64,000 nt of DNA from Octopus bimaculoides. Its lineage: Eukaryota. Below are positions 1 to 12,400 of the stretch, piece by piece. Both the position numbers and the translations under genes were made by a program. The stretch spans positions 18,743,786-18,807,785 of the forward strand of contig NC_068989.1 of the NCBI RefSeq assembly GCF_001194135.2. Direction: 5' to 3'. Numbering within the stretch: the stretch's first letter is position 1; every line of letters starts with the position of its first letter. Below the pieces are notes generated by a model. The model worked only from the letters and a program-made list of their open reading frames with translations, had not been told where the DNA came from and made no database searches.

Positions 1-77
1 TATATATATATTTGTGTGTCTTTGTGTCTGTGTTTCCCCACCACCACCACCACTGCTTGACAACGGTGCTGGTGTGT

Positions 78-930
78 TTCAGTGGTCATCTCACAAACTC
101 GATCAGCAATTGTATTTTTGCTAAGGCTTACATTTGCAAACATCTGCTTTTCGTCTGGACCCAAGACGTCACACACTTTCATCATGTAATTCTTCAGAAA
201 TTCTCCCTCAGTAAATGGTTGAGCTGATTTGATGATTTCCTCTGTCACCATAAAACTTGCTTTCACGGCGGCTTCACTTTGTGATTTTGCTTCGGTGAAA
301 AACGTCTGCTGTGATGCTAGATTCCTCTTCAATTCTACCTTCTGTAGCTTCTGTTCAGCATTCAAGTTTTTCGATTTGTCTCGTAGTGCTGTCTTAGATT
401 ATATTACTTGATCACAGCCACATTGTCTCCACAAATTAAGACACAGGTTTGCCGCCAATATCGGTAAACATCTATTGAGCCTCCCAGCGGCTTTGAAAGG
501 CTCTGTTTTCAGAATCAACTTTTCTCCTGGCCATTTTAACGGCTAGCTTTGATTTAAAATTAAGGGTGTGCATCTACCGACAGTAGTCTGATTGATATGG
601 CATAAGCGAGATAGTGTGATGCAATATCCGGGTACTACACTACTTTCATGTCTTATGCACCAATCAAAAATGCGCAACAAGATGCTGCTAAGTTACTGTA
701 ATGACAAACATTCAAGCACTATACAACTTTCATTTTAACTTGTTCTTATCAACGCAGGAATGCTCTCAGACAGCCTTTCGTTCGACATGGCTGCTAAATT
801 GGGAAATTTGTGGTTTGCACTTCATATTGCAGGGCCATTAAAAAATATTTGCCTAAAATTCTCTCAATGGCCGGATATAATTATGCGTCGAGCCGGATGT
901 GATGCGCGGGCCTTGAGTTTGTCACGATGG
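78..930 (-). mobile_element. hAT (Charlie group) DNA transposon, 5' part, with degenerate transposase
   Basis: From ATG at 534 the - strand reads MARRKVDSENRAFQSRWEAQ*MFTDIGGKPV..LICGDNVAVIK*YNLRQHYET..KNLNAEQKLQKVELKRNLASQQTFFTEAKSQSEAAVKASFMVTEEIIKSAQPFTEGEFLKNYMMKVCDVLGPDEKQMFANVSLSKNTIADRVCEM, with stops and frameshifts. This is a GTF2IRD2-like hAT N-terminus. A Charlie-like end (gtgacaaactcaaggcccgcg) lies near 930. Confidence 0.85.
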
Positions 931-1010
931 CGAACTTGACAGGGTGGACTAACAAATTTTAAGTGTAAATTCTGAGAACAACGGAAACTAACAGGAAGAT
1001 CGAGGCTTAC

Positions 1011-1526
1011 GTAATTGGTTACGAATCTGGTGTATATGTCTTCCATATATATTAACTTCAATAACTTGGATGACAAAAATAATTGATCTCTGGTGCATGA
1101 CAAAACTGGTCGGTGTGAAACTCATCCCAAACTACCACCAATTTTGTTTTTTTTTTAAATTTGACCTACGGGTTCTATTTTCACAGTAATACTAAATATA
1201 TGTTTATTAAACATGAACATGACTTCATGTACGTATTTATTCATAATATCAGCACCTGGTTCCATAACTGTGGGGGTGGGATGGAAATATAATTCAAAAC
1301 AACTAAAACTTGAAAATGTTTGCTGTTGTCTTCTTGAACATAAAATTGCAAGACCAAATACAAACTGATGTTACATCGCTTATATAAGTTATAACAAAAG
1401 AAAGATTTTTACCTATATCCAACCTTGACATTTAGCGAACACATTTACTATTTTACCTTCGTTGGTATGTGAATAATCAAAGGACGCCATTTGAGTCAAT
1501 GACTGTGATACTGCATATTTTAACAT
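1011..1526 (-). CDS. Candidate 5' coding exons of an unidentified - strand gene (1526 or 1490 to 1457, 1267-1233, 1089-1011)
   Basis: ATG GCG in a caaATGGCG context; donors AAG|gtaaaa, TAC|gtacat, TAC|gtaagc; acceptors cacag and accag. Phases are compatible and give (MLKYAVSQSLTQ)MASFDYSHTNEVMEPGADIMNKYRSIIFVIQVIEVNIYGRHIHQIRNQL. No family recognised. Confidence 0.35.
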
Positions 1527-1955
1527 CGAGTTGCCATATTTAAGACCATGTCTACACAGCAGTTTTGCTGAATGTCATGTAGACTTCTTTCGTAAATATC
1601 TCTGTAAATATTTGTATATTATCACACATAAGTAAATAGACAAATAGATACATACGTACATATATTCCTACACTCGCACATACACGCACATACAATGTTG
1701 CCTGTTGTTTTTGATGTTGCAACTACCTGAAAGCAGTGTTTGTCAAGTTGTGCACAAATAATTATCATACATCTTGGTATATCTATCAGTTTACCAGGCA
1801 CGAACACTAACATTGTAACAATAATCAAATTGTGATGACTCCATAATTGTCTTCGACTTCGTTCGTGGTATACCAAATGCCAAATGCACTAACTGAATGG
1901 ATAATGAAAAAGGTTTTTCTCTGTTCGGTTTAAGTTCGATTTTCGTTATAATACC

Positions 1956-1958
<3 letters not shown>

Positions 1959-2006
<48 letters not shown>

Positions 2007-2038
2007 TCTCTCACTCTCTCTCTCTCTATCTATCTATC
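1959..2038. repeat. (CT)n microsatellite in a CpG-containing, putative bidirectional promoter region
   Basis: Long CT run flanked by sequence that retains CpGs, lying between the - strand candidate gene and the CLCC1-like gene. Confidence 0.6.
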
Positions 2039-3204
2039 AATTGTTATATCTCTCGCTCGCTTTTTCTCTCTCCTCTATCTCTCCGAGCCGAGTGATGTGT
2101 TCTTCACACCTACTGTCTATAAGAAGGATTTCTCTCCCGAGAAAATTTCCACACCAAGAGTCTTTCTGCGTTTGAGTGTACACGAACGTATTAAATTTAA
2201 TTGTACACAATTTATATTTCTGTTTAGTGCACCTCTAATTGATAATGGATTTTCTTAAATACCAAGAAATATTTTGTCCAGCGTTGTGTCATTTCTGCCA
2301 CCTACTGCCCTTTAAAAGAAAATCAGAACAGTGTCTATATTGCATTGATAAGAATATCAAGAATTCCCTATATACCCAGCATGTTAGGTATATGTTAAAC
2401 ACAGACCGCTTCATATTGACTGCCCAGTCACTCCGATCCAAGGGAGATATGAAACAGTCTTTGAAACTTGAGGAGCAGACATCAGTTGGATCTCGACTAT
2501 AAATTAGGTGAGAGAAGCAACAACCATTTCAACCTACATGTTCTGGCATAACTACAGAGTTGTACCCCCCCCCCCGACTTTGGAAGGTCATAACTTTCAG
2601 AAAAATGAATATTTTTTAATGAAATTTTCTATGCATATATTATTTATTATGTAGATTCCGAATATACAAAAATTTTCGGTGAAAGTGTTTTGGAATGGGG
2701 GTGGGGGACAATTTTCGGAAATTCCAACAGAGTCCACTTAAATTCCTCTTAACTTCCAGGAAAATGAATATTTTTTCATGAAATTTTCTACGAATATACC
2801 TTGATGTATGTACATTTCGAGCATGTAGGAATTTTGAAGGAAACAACTGCAGGTTATTTTTGAGAAGTGTTCCCCATTCGGTGGTGTTTCNNNNNNNNNN
2901 NNNNNNNNNNNNNNNNNNNNNNNNNNNNNNNNNNNNNNNNNNNNNNNNNNNNNNNNNNNNNNNNNNNNNNNNNNNNNNNNNNNNNNNNNNNNNNNNNNNN
3001 NNNNNNNNNNNNNNNNNNNNNNNNNNNNNNNTTTTCTCTATTATGTGCGTATGTGCATCCGTAGATTTCTAATGAAGTTATACGCTGCTTCTGTTCTCTT
3101 CTACTTCTCTACTAGAAACGTTTACTTTGGAATTTACTTCTATTGAGAGAAAAAAATCGTGTGCATGTTATTTTTAACGTAAGTTTTCTTATGACGGCTT
3201 CTCT

Positions 3205-3410
3205 TCACTGCCTATTACTCCATTTTTGAATTTGGCATACCAATCAAGAGCGGTTCTTTCAGCTATAGCATCCTTTACATACACAGCACAAATGTCGCGA
3301 GCAGCTTTTGCGGCCTTAGAACCTTGATTAAAAGCAAAAAGGAGATGTCCAAAAAGCTTCTTTTTTCTTAACTTGACATTCCATTTTAATGATCTGAAAA
3401 TAAACAAAAA
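3205..3410 (-). mobile_element. Mariner transposase N-terminal (HTH) remnant
   Basis: LLFAFNQGSKAAKAARDICAVYVKDAIAERTALDWYAKFKNG matches the Mos1-type HTH. Confidence 0.8.
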
Positions 3411-3639
3411 TTAACTAAAATTAGCTAGAAAAAAAAAAAAAAGATTCCAAAGTGATTCAAAAATAGAATTCTCGAAAAAGATAGATTCCAAAATTTAAAA
3501 ACGCAATAAATTCCAAAGTTTAAAAAAATGGCGGTAACTTAGTTGCCAACTTAATATAATATTATTGATGAAATAAGATGTTACCAATACAGCTTTATAT
3601 CGGACTAGCAGAGATACCTGGCACTGCACGAGATTAAAA

Positions 3640-3860
3640 TGGCATGCTTTTTTTTTATTGCTTTAATTATTTTGCTCATGTGACTGCGGCCATGCTGGAG
3701 CACCGCCTTTGGTTAAAGAAATCGATCCCAGGATTTATTCTTTGTAAGCCTAGTACTTATTCTATCGATGTTCTTTTGCCAAACAGGCTAAGTTACGGGG
3801 ATGCAAACACAGCAACATCGGTTGTCAAGTGATGGTGGGGATACAAACACAGATATACAG
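3640..3860 (-). mobile_element. SINE family A, 3' part
   Basis: Reverse complement of the 3' half of the copy at 11637-12043. Confidence 0.75.
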
Positions 3861-4004
3861 ATATATATATAAACATATGCATATATATATATATACATAC
3901 ATACATGTGCATATATACGTAAATATATAAATATATACATTATATATATACATAAATATATATATACATATATATATAAATATATAAATGTATGCACATA
4001 TATA

Positions 4005-4308
4005 TATCTAGTGAAACTACCTATCGTCACTAGATACAAAACTGCTATCGCCATTCTTCTCATTTAAATATAAACAAACGCGAACGTAGCGGAAAACATT
4101 AACCTTGTCATCACGTGACTGATCATTATTCGAATCGGCAACTTCTTCGAACCGTTCCCGCCAGAACGCAAACTGACCAATCACAGCCCTTAATAAGGTC
4201 ACGCGATAGTGTTTTTCTGCTACCGTCTTGGAGCCCTCTTAACGCCTTAAATAGATCAACTCATACCCAACAATTTGTCTCGTTTCAGTTTCTCTTAGAG
4301 ATTGTTCC
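4005..4308. repeat. Unclassified interspersed repeat (second copy at 22896-23110)
   Basis: Shares the tagtgaaactacc start and the block tcacgtgactgatcattattcgaatcggcaacttcttcgaaccgttcccgccagaacgcaaactgacca with the second copy. Confidence 0.75.
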
Positions 4309-5289
4309 GNNNNNNNNNNNNNNNNNNNNNNNNNNNNNNNNNNNNNNNNNNNNNNNNNNNNNNNNNNNNNNNNNNNNNNNNNNNNNNNNNNNNNNNNNNN
4401 NNNNNNNNNNNNNNNNNNNNNNNNNNNNNNNNNNNNNNNNNNNNNNNNNNNNNNNNNNNNNNNNNNNNNNNNNNNNNNNNNNNNNNNNNNNNNNNNNNNN
4501 NNNNNNNNNNNNNNNNNNNNNNNNNNNNNNNNNNNNNNNNNNNNNNNNNNNNNNNNNNNNNNNNNNNNNNNNNNNNNNNNNNNNNNNNNNNNNNNNNNNN
4601 NNNNNNNNNNNNNNNNNNNNNNNNNNNNNNNNNNNNNNNNNNNNNNNNNNNNNNNNNNNNNNNNNNNNNNNNNNNNNNNNNNNNNNNNNNNNNNNNNNNN
4701 NNNNNNNNNNNNNNNNNNNNNNNNNNNNNNNNNNNNNNNNNNNNNNNNNNNNNNNNNNNNNNNNNNNNNNNNNNNNNNNNNNNNNNNNNNNNNNNNNNNN
4801 NNNNNNNNNNNNNNNNNNNNNNNNNNNNNNNNNNNNNNNNNNNNNNNNNNNNNNNNNNNNNNNNNNNNNNNNNNNNNNNNNNNNNNNNNNNNNNNNNNNN
4901 NNNNNNNNNNNNNNNNNNNNNNNNNNNNNNNNNNNNNNNNNNNNNNNNNNNNNNNNNNNNNNNNNNNNNNNNNNNNNNNNNNNNNNNNNNNNNNNNNNNN
5001 NNNNNNNNNNNNNNNNNNNNNNNNNNNNNNNNNNNNNNNNNNNNNNNNNNNNNNNNNNNNNNNNNNNNNNNNNNNNNNNNNNNNNNNNNNNNNNNNNNNN
5101 NNNNNNNNNNNNNNNNNNNNNNNNNNNNNNNNNNNNNNNNNNNNNNNNNNNNNNNNNNNNNNNNNNNNNNNNNNNNNNNNNNNNNNNNNNNNNNNNNNNN
5201 NNNNNNNNNNNNNNNNNNNNNNNNNNNNNNNNNNNNNNNNNNNNNNNNNNNNNNNNNNNNNNNNNNNNNNNNNNNNNNNNNNNNNNNTA

Positions 5290-5680
5290 TATACATGTAT
5301 ATAATGCATATATACAAGTGGGCAGAGCAAAATAATATGCGGTTCAATGTTAAAAAATTTCAAGTACTGCGCTACAAGGCTACAAGTGCCCCCCAACTGG
5401 CATACACAGGACATGGAGGTACTGCAATCCCAGAACCACAAACAGTGAGAGACCTGGACATCAGCATGTGTAGTGATGCATCATTTCACATGCACATTGT
5501 TAAATTGAAAGCAAAGTGCAGACAACTGGCAGGGTGGATACTGAGGACATTCAGAACAAGGGATATGTCAAATTCTCTTACACACCAGATGTGCCATCGA
5601 AAGTCTTGATTAGACTGCATCATCTGGCGGAGAAGGGCCATGCAAGAAACGTGTAGAGAGCACAGCATAAGGAGGGAAAG
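5290..5680 (+). mobile_element. CR1/L2-like LINE reverse transcriptase C-terminal fragment
   Basis: YKWAEQNNMRFNVKKFQVLRY...VRDLDISMCSDASFHMHIVKLKAKCRQLAGWILRTFRTRD. Confidence 0.8.
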
Positions 5681-5746
5681 TCATGGTGGTGCTCCATCAT
5701 GACCGCAGCCACTTGGCTGAGACGCAAATATATATATATATATCTG

Positions 5747-5778
<32 letters not shown>

Positions 5779-7294
5779 TNNNNNNNNNNNNNNNNNNNNN
5801 NNNNNNNNNNNNNNNNNNNNNNNNNNNNNNNNNNNNNNNNNNNNNNNNNNNNNNNNNNNNNNNNNNNNNNNNNNNNNNNNNNNNNNNNNNNNNNNNNNNN
5901 NNNNNNNNNNNNNNNNNNNNNNNNNNNNNNNNNNNNNNNNNNNNNNNNNNNNNNNNNNNNNNNNNNNNNNNNNNNNNNNNNNNNNNNNNNNNNNNNNNNN
6001 NNNNNNNNNNNNNNNNNNNNNNNNNNNNNNNNNNNNNNNNNNNNNNNNNNNNNNNNNNNNNNNNNNNNNNNNNNNNNNNNNNNNNNNNNNNNNNNNNNNN
6101 NNNNNNNNNNNNNNNNNNNNNNNNNNNNNNNNNNNNNNNNNNNNNNNNNNNNNNNNNNNNNNNNNNNNNNNNNNNNNNNNNNNNNNNNNNNNNNNNNNNN
6201 NNNNNNNNNNNNNNNNNNNNNNNNNNNNNNNNNNNNNNNNNNNNNNNNNNNNNNNNNNNNNNNNNNNNNNNNNNNNNNNNNNNNNNNNNNNNNNNNNNNN
6301 NNNNNNNNNNNNNNNNNNNNNNNNNNNNNNNNNNNNNNNNNNNNNNNNNNNNNNNNNNNNNNNNNNNNNNNNNNNNNNNNNNNNNNNNNNNNNNNNNNNN
6401 NNNNNNNNNNNNNNNNNNNNNNNNNNNNNNNNNNNNNNNNNNNNNNNNNNNNNNNNNNNNNNNNNNNNNNNNNNNNNNNNNNNNNNNNNNNNNNNNNNNN
6501 NNNNNNNNNNNNNNNNNNNNNNNNNNNNNNATGTATATAAATATATACATGCATATAATATATAGGATCTGAATTGTAGGGGCACCACTTTTCATTTATG
6601 TTTTATGTAGTGTTTTTGGTACCGAAACACTTTCAAATTTCGTATACTTGTATATTTTATGTTATAGAACAGATAAAATGTTTGTATTCGAAGTTATTTC
6701 ATGTAAATAAATTGTCGTATTTCGGTAATTTCAACCAATCACTGACGTCTATTGAGGTGAAAACAATTACTCCTTATACTGGAAGATTACCTATGGTTGG
6801 CTTCGAATTTAAGTTTGGATAGATTCGAAGAACGAGAGCGTATTAGACATACCATCAATTCCAAGAAACAATAGATCTACGTCTAAAATTATCCTTTTAA
6901 TTACTCTCAGAGCTGTATACTTTTTCGTTGTTTAAATTTCTTCTTCAGCGAATACGAAAATGTCACTGTGTGTAAAGCTAGCTGAAATTTGAAACTGTAA
7001 ACACGTTGAAGCGGAAATTTTTGTTTTCATTAATATCTCACAAAAGGTAAACCATTTACAATTTTATATAATAATAATGTAACAAAAAATGTAATGACAT
7101 TAAATAAATGGCCATTTCAATGATTGAATAATATTGTTCTCCACTTATTCCTTCATTGGTCCAATGCATCGTTGTGTTGAGCTTTGCCATTGTAACTGCT
7201 AAATTTGTTTTCGTAATTGATGATTTTCAAATAAAGAATATTTTGTATGTGTATTTCGTGTGCAAGATTCTTGATGTCTATACGTGTGTTGAAA

Positions 7295-8697
7295 GAAATA
7301 CAATTAAACCTTGGGAGAGGCATTATGCCGGTAATGAACACACGCACTGGTTCAGTCCTTTATTAATTTACTAGCAGAAATATCCGGCTTTGCCCGGGTT
7401 AAAGAGAATAATGAAATCTAAAAACGCCGTCTAGACTACGCAACCCTCAACTGTTAGTAGCTACGATACCATATTTCTACATTAATAACTCTCCAATCCA
7501 TGCCAGCATGGAACATAGACATTAAGTGGAATGCCAGTCTCTCATCGAGGAGGGCCTTGAAATCAATGTTAGCAACTGGGGACTATGTGTGTCGTAGTGA
7601 TAATAAAAANNNNNNNNNNNNNNNNNNNNNNNNNNNNNNNNNNNNNNNNNNNNNNNNNNNNNNNNNNNNNNNNNNNNNNNNNNNNNNNNNNNNNNNNNNN
7701 NNNNNNNNNNNNNNNNNNNNNNNNNNNNNNNNNNNNNNNNNNNNNNNNNNNNNNNNNNNNNNNNNNNNNNNNNNNNNNNNNNNNNNNNNNNNNNNNNNNN
7801 NNNNNNNNNNNNNNNNNNNNNNNNNNNNNNNNNNNNNNNNNNNNNNNNNNNNNNNNNNNNNNNNNNNNNNNNNNNNNNNNNNNNNNNNNNNNNNNNNNNN
7901 NNNNNNNNNNNNNNNNNNNNNNNNNNNNNNNNNNNNNNNNNNNNNNNNNNNNNNNNNNNNNNNNNNNNNNNNNNNNNNNNNNNNNNNNNNNNNNNNNNNN
8001 NNNNNNNNNNNNNNNNNNNNNNNNNNNNNNNNNNNNNNNNNNNNNNNNNNNNNNNNNNNNNNNNNNNNNNNNNNNNNNNNNNNNNNNNNNNNNNNNNNNN
8101 NNNNNNNNNNNNNNNNNNNNNNNNNNNNNNNNNNNNNNNNNNNNNNNNNNNNNNNNNNNNNNNNNNNNNNNNNNNNNNNNNNNNNNNNNNNNNNNNNNNN
8201 NNNNNNNNNNNNNNNNNNNNNNNNNNNNNNNNNNNNNNNNNNNNNNNNNNNNNNNNNNNNNNNNNNNNNNNNNNNNNNNNNNNNNNNNNNNNNNNNNNNN
8301 NNNNNNNNNNNNNNNNNNNNNNNNNNNNNNNNNNNNNNNNNNNNNNNNNNNNNNNNNNNNNNNNNNNNNNNNNNNNNNNNNNNNNNNNNNNNNNNNNNNN
8401 NNNNNNNNNNACACAGACAGACACACATTCTCATTTTTATATATATAGATAAACAGTATTTAGTTTTTTTGTTAAATCATTTCATTGCACTCTTGCAATC
8501 TCTTCAGTAACTTGTTTCTCCACTTCCATTTATTTATTTAAATGGAAGTGGAGAGACAAGTTACTGAAGAGATTGCAAGAAAGCAATGAAATGATTTAAC
8601 AAAAAAACTAAATACTGTTTATAAATTAATAAAGGACTGAACCAATGCGTGTGTTTATTACCGGCATAATGCCTCTCCCAAGGTTTAATTGTATTTC
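7295..8697. mobile_element. Foldback (long-hairpin) element of about 320 bp, interrupted in its left arm by a Helitron
   Basis: 7295-7370 plus 8450-8531 are a near-perfect inverted repeat of 8540-8697, around a short AT loop. Confidence 0.8.
7371..8449 (-). mobile_element. Non-autonomous Helitron (copy 1, partly in gap)
   Basis: The - strand reads A|TC...cccgggcaaagccgga hairpin...CTAG|T. There is no TSD. The ends match the copy at 46059-47623. Confidence 0.85.
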
Positions 8698-9343
8698 AAA
8701 TAAAGAATAATAGCCTTCTACCCTCAACTGCAAGATTTTATGCAATAAATACCATTGTTAAACTTTCATAATTGTTCATCTGCACAATACAGTTTGTCAG
8801 TGAGTTCAATAACCTCTCCATAACCAAGAGGATGTCAAATGCAAGGAAGAAGGCCATAATTTTGCAGAAAAGTAATTGTTTCATGTATTTACTTCTGTTA
8901 ATATTCGATACACTTTTGTAGTTAATAGTCATACTTTACTCAGGTTAATTAAGGAATGTAGTCAAAATAATTAGTGGATCCAAATAGTGACAGCATCATA
9001 CTGGATGCTTTATGGCACTCTACTGTGCACTAGTTTACTTTAGTTCCTTAATAGTTTTATTTGTAAGAAAAACACTTCACTTTCATGGGGGTCCCAGAGA
9101 TGAAGGTAAACCCTAAAATGTTTTGCAGATATATCCATTGATCAATCCAAGGCTATAAAAGATGTTACTTGCCTAAGATGTTGTAGAATATAAGACTAAG
9201 TCCTGAAGCATATGGTTGTTATATGAATTTCTTAATCACATAGCCATATGTATGTGTGTGTGCCTGTGTGTACTATTTTTAATTTAATAATTAATTTTTT
9301 TTTCCATTGTTGTATTTTCCAGGTCCTTTCAATCAAAAGTATA

Positions 9344-9433
9344 ATGGAGCCATCTAAAATATATTTAACTTTGGTCCAGATCCTTACACTAACTTGTATT
9401 TTAAACCAGCACACTGTCCATTCTGATTTATGG
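9344..9433 (+). CDS. CLCC1: CLCC1-like coding exon 1 (signal peptide MEPSKIYLTLVQILTLTCILNQHTVHSDLW)
   Basis: Acceptor ttttccag at 9322 implies an upstream UTR exon. ATG at 9344; donor TGG|gtatga. Confidence 0.75.
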
Positions 9434-12400
9434 GTATGAAATGTATTTTATGTTCATTTAACTTTTCTTCTTTTTGAAAATGATTTTTTTTTAAGAGTCG
9501 ATGGGCAGTGCCTTTAACCTTTGAAGTCCTTCTCATACCAATTGGATGTCTTCAGCTTGAATATCTGTAGGGAAATAAGGATCCAAAGTTTGATCCAAAT
9601 TCTTGCATCGAAGTTGTATCTGTTGAAAGTACCCATGGGATAGATAGCATATTGTGCCTGCCACCTGGCAAAGGCTGTCTTTTGGTCATCATCTTCATGC
9701 ACACACATGTGAAAAATATACCAAAAGTTGGATAATATTGTTAGTAGTACAATGGGAAATATTCTCAAATATCATTATTAAGATTTAACATCTTAACTCC
9801 ATACTGACATAGTTTGGCTAGGTAAAGACTGTCTTCAATGTGTCTCAGTTCTCTGTGGTCCAGATATTCAGTTATGACTTCATAACTCATACCTAAGTGT
9901 TCTTTAGTCCCTTTTTGCCGTAATTCATGTATAAGTGACTGAAATTTGGGATGTAATTCAACTGTATAATATCACTAAATTTAAGATGCTAGGCTAGCTA
10001 CAGGGCATAGAGTCATAACTACAAGCATTATTATAGTTATCTGTTCACAGAATTATGCTCGTTTCAATTAGCTTGGAATATAACAAGTCCCAATCTTGCT
10101 TCAAGTCTTCCAACAAATGCTATTATTTAAATTTTCAAAAAATGCCTCCTTTCCTGTATTGAGATAATAGTATATTACAGAGAAATTTGACAACCAATTT
10201 TAGTTGGTACTGTAATGACCGCAACTATTTTTACTGTGTTTCATAGACAGATCATATTGTTTACTCTGCAAAAATAGAAAAGATTATTTTTATTTACATG
10301 TTTGGTATAGTAGTAAATATTGTTTTTTATTAACAGGAGAGAACTATAAATATTGAACAGTTTTCTCAAGACCTGGTAGTGAAACAATTTGTGAGAAAGT
10401 TGCTGTCAAAATTACCAGATGTAAAGGTAATGTAAAAATTTATTCAAAACAAAAAGGTTGGCAGCTAAATCTTATTTTCCTTATTACTTACTATAAAAGT
10501 GTTAGAGGAAGCACTTATAGATAGCTTACAATGTAAATTTTCATTTTCATCTCCTATTTTAATGGCTAATCCAAATTGAAAATTCCACCAAATTTATACT
10601 GCTTGTTGTCAGCATCAGTTGTTTTTGCCCACTAATAGTATTTGTTCTTTCCAAATGTCTATTGTTAAGCCAAATCTAGGCAGAGAATCCCTCTTCAAGA
10701 AGATAAGCACCCATCTCCTCTTGTTGAATTTTGTCCATCCTAGCCTTTCTAAACCTGAATTCAGAAGCCTCAGGAAATTAATGATACTCCAAATATACAC
10801 ATATCACCTTTGGATTTATTGCACTCACCAATCCAATCTTGAATTTCTTGTTCTAACACTGCCAACTTCCTAGAATCTGCAAACAAGCAAAATTATAACA
10901 ATTTTAGAACATAAAAGCACAACCAAAACTGCACCACACAGATCCAGCACCTTGATAGGTACACCCTAAAAAATTAACCTTGATATCACCTATCTACACA
11001 TTCTTTCTGACTCACAACTTGAATTCAGATCACTGCACTCACCTATCACATTACTCATGAAATGTACACAAAAAATACTTGATTTCCACAACACCAGAAA
11101 AAGACCCCTCCATTTTAACTACCATTGACTTCAGCAAAGCTTTTGACTATTTCCTGCTAGCCACTATAATCAAAATACTCAATGCCCAGTTAAAAAAACA
11201 TCAAAAAATACTTGCTTGCAAAACTACATCTCAATTATAATTAATGAAAACATTTGAACAAGTAAATATGACTGATGGTCAAAATAAGTCTGACTGCCAG
11301 TTGGTGGTAAATATAACTTTTATGAGTCGTTTGGCCAGCCAAATCGAAGATGAGTAACTGTGCTTGATAAGGCAGTAGTTATTGATGTACAGTTGTTGCA
11401 CCAAGAGAAGAGTTATTAGATAGCATTAGATAGTGATGACAGGTGCAAGATGGTTGTGTGGCTAAAAAATTTGCTTCACAACTATGTGGTTTCAGTTTCA
11501 GTCCCACCGTGACACATACCTTGAGTAAGTGTCACTTTACTACCAAAGATCAGATTCACTCCCCTTGACATACTATTGGGCTGGTAAAAAAAGTGCATAG
11601 CATTTTTTAAGTAAAATTCATTAACGATATTTAGATAGGCACAGGAGTGGCTGTGTGGTAAGTAGCTTGCTTACCAACCACATGGTTCCGGATTCAGCAG
11701 TCCCATTGCGTGGCACTTTGGGCAAGTGTCTTCTACTTTAGCCTCAGGCTGACCAAAGCCTTGTGAGTAGATTTGGTAGACGGAAACTGAAAGAAGCCTG
11801 TCGTATATATATATGTATGTATGTGTATATGTTTGTGTGTCTTTGTTTGTCCCCCCCAACATCGCTTGACAATTGATGCTGGTGTGTTTACATCCCCATA
11901 CCTTAGCGGTTCGGCAAAAGAGACCGATAGAATAAGTACTAGGCTTACAACAAAATAAGTCCTGGGGGTCAATTTGCTCGACTAAAGGTGGTGCTCCAGC
12001 ATGGCCGCAGTCAAATGACTGAAACAAGTAAAAGAGTAAAGAGTTGTACATACCTTTACTCAGCTATATATTTCCCATTTTGTTCCACTACCTTTCAGCA
12101 TCTTTGAGGCAGCTTCATGATCTCATCAGCCTAGAACTTAACATCTTTCTAGGTCATGGACTAGTCTAAGTAGTTTTCACACTCTTTTAAAGAATTGAAG
12201 TTCTTCCCATTAAGAGAATTTTGCAGGGATCAGAATAAATGATAATTCGAAGGTTTAAGCATCACCTTCTTCAGATGCAAACCTGCTGAAGGAATTCATC
12301 TCATTTTCCCCAGGACCTTTTTAGTTTTATGTTCATCATCATCATCGTTTAACGTCCGCTTTCCATGCTAGCATGGGTTGGATGATTTGACTGAGGACTG

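Noticed and set aside
4115-8510. Long ORFs of 280-435 aa in the track (also at 46306-47409 and 57661-58603)
   Set aside because: They consist almost entirely of N-gap codons.
9514-9768. 84-aa - strand ORF in CLCC1 intron 1
   Set aside because: No recognisable motif and no splice model that fits; probably decayed element sequence, though a BLASTX was not possible.
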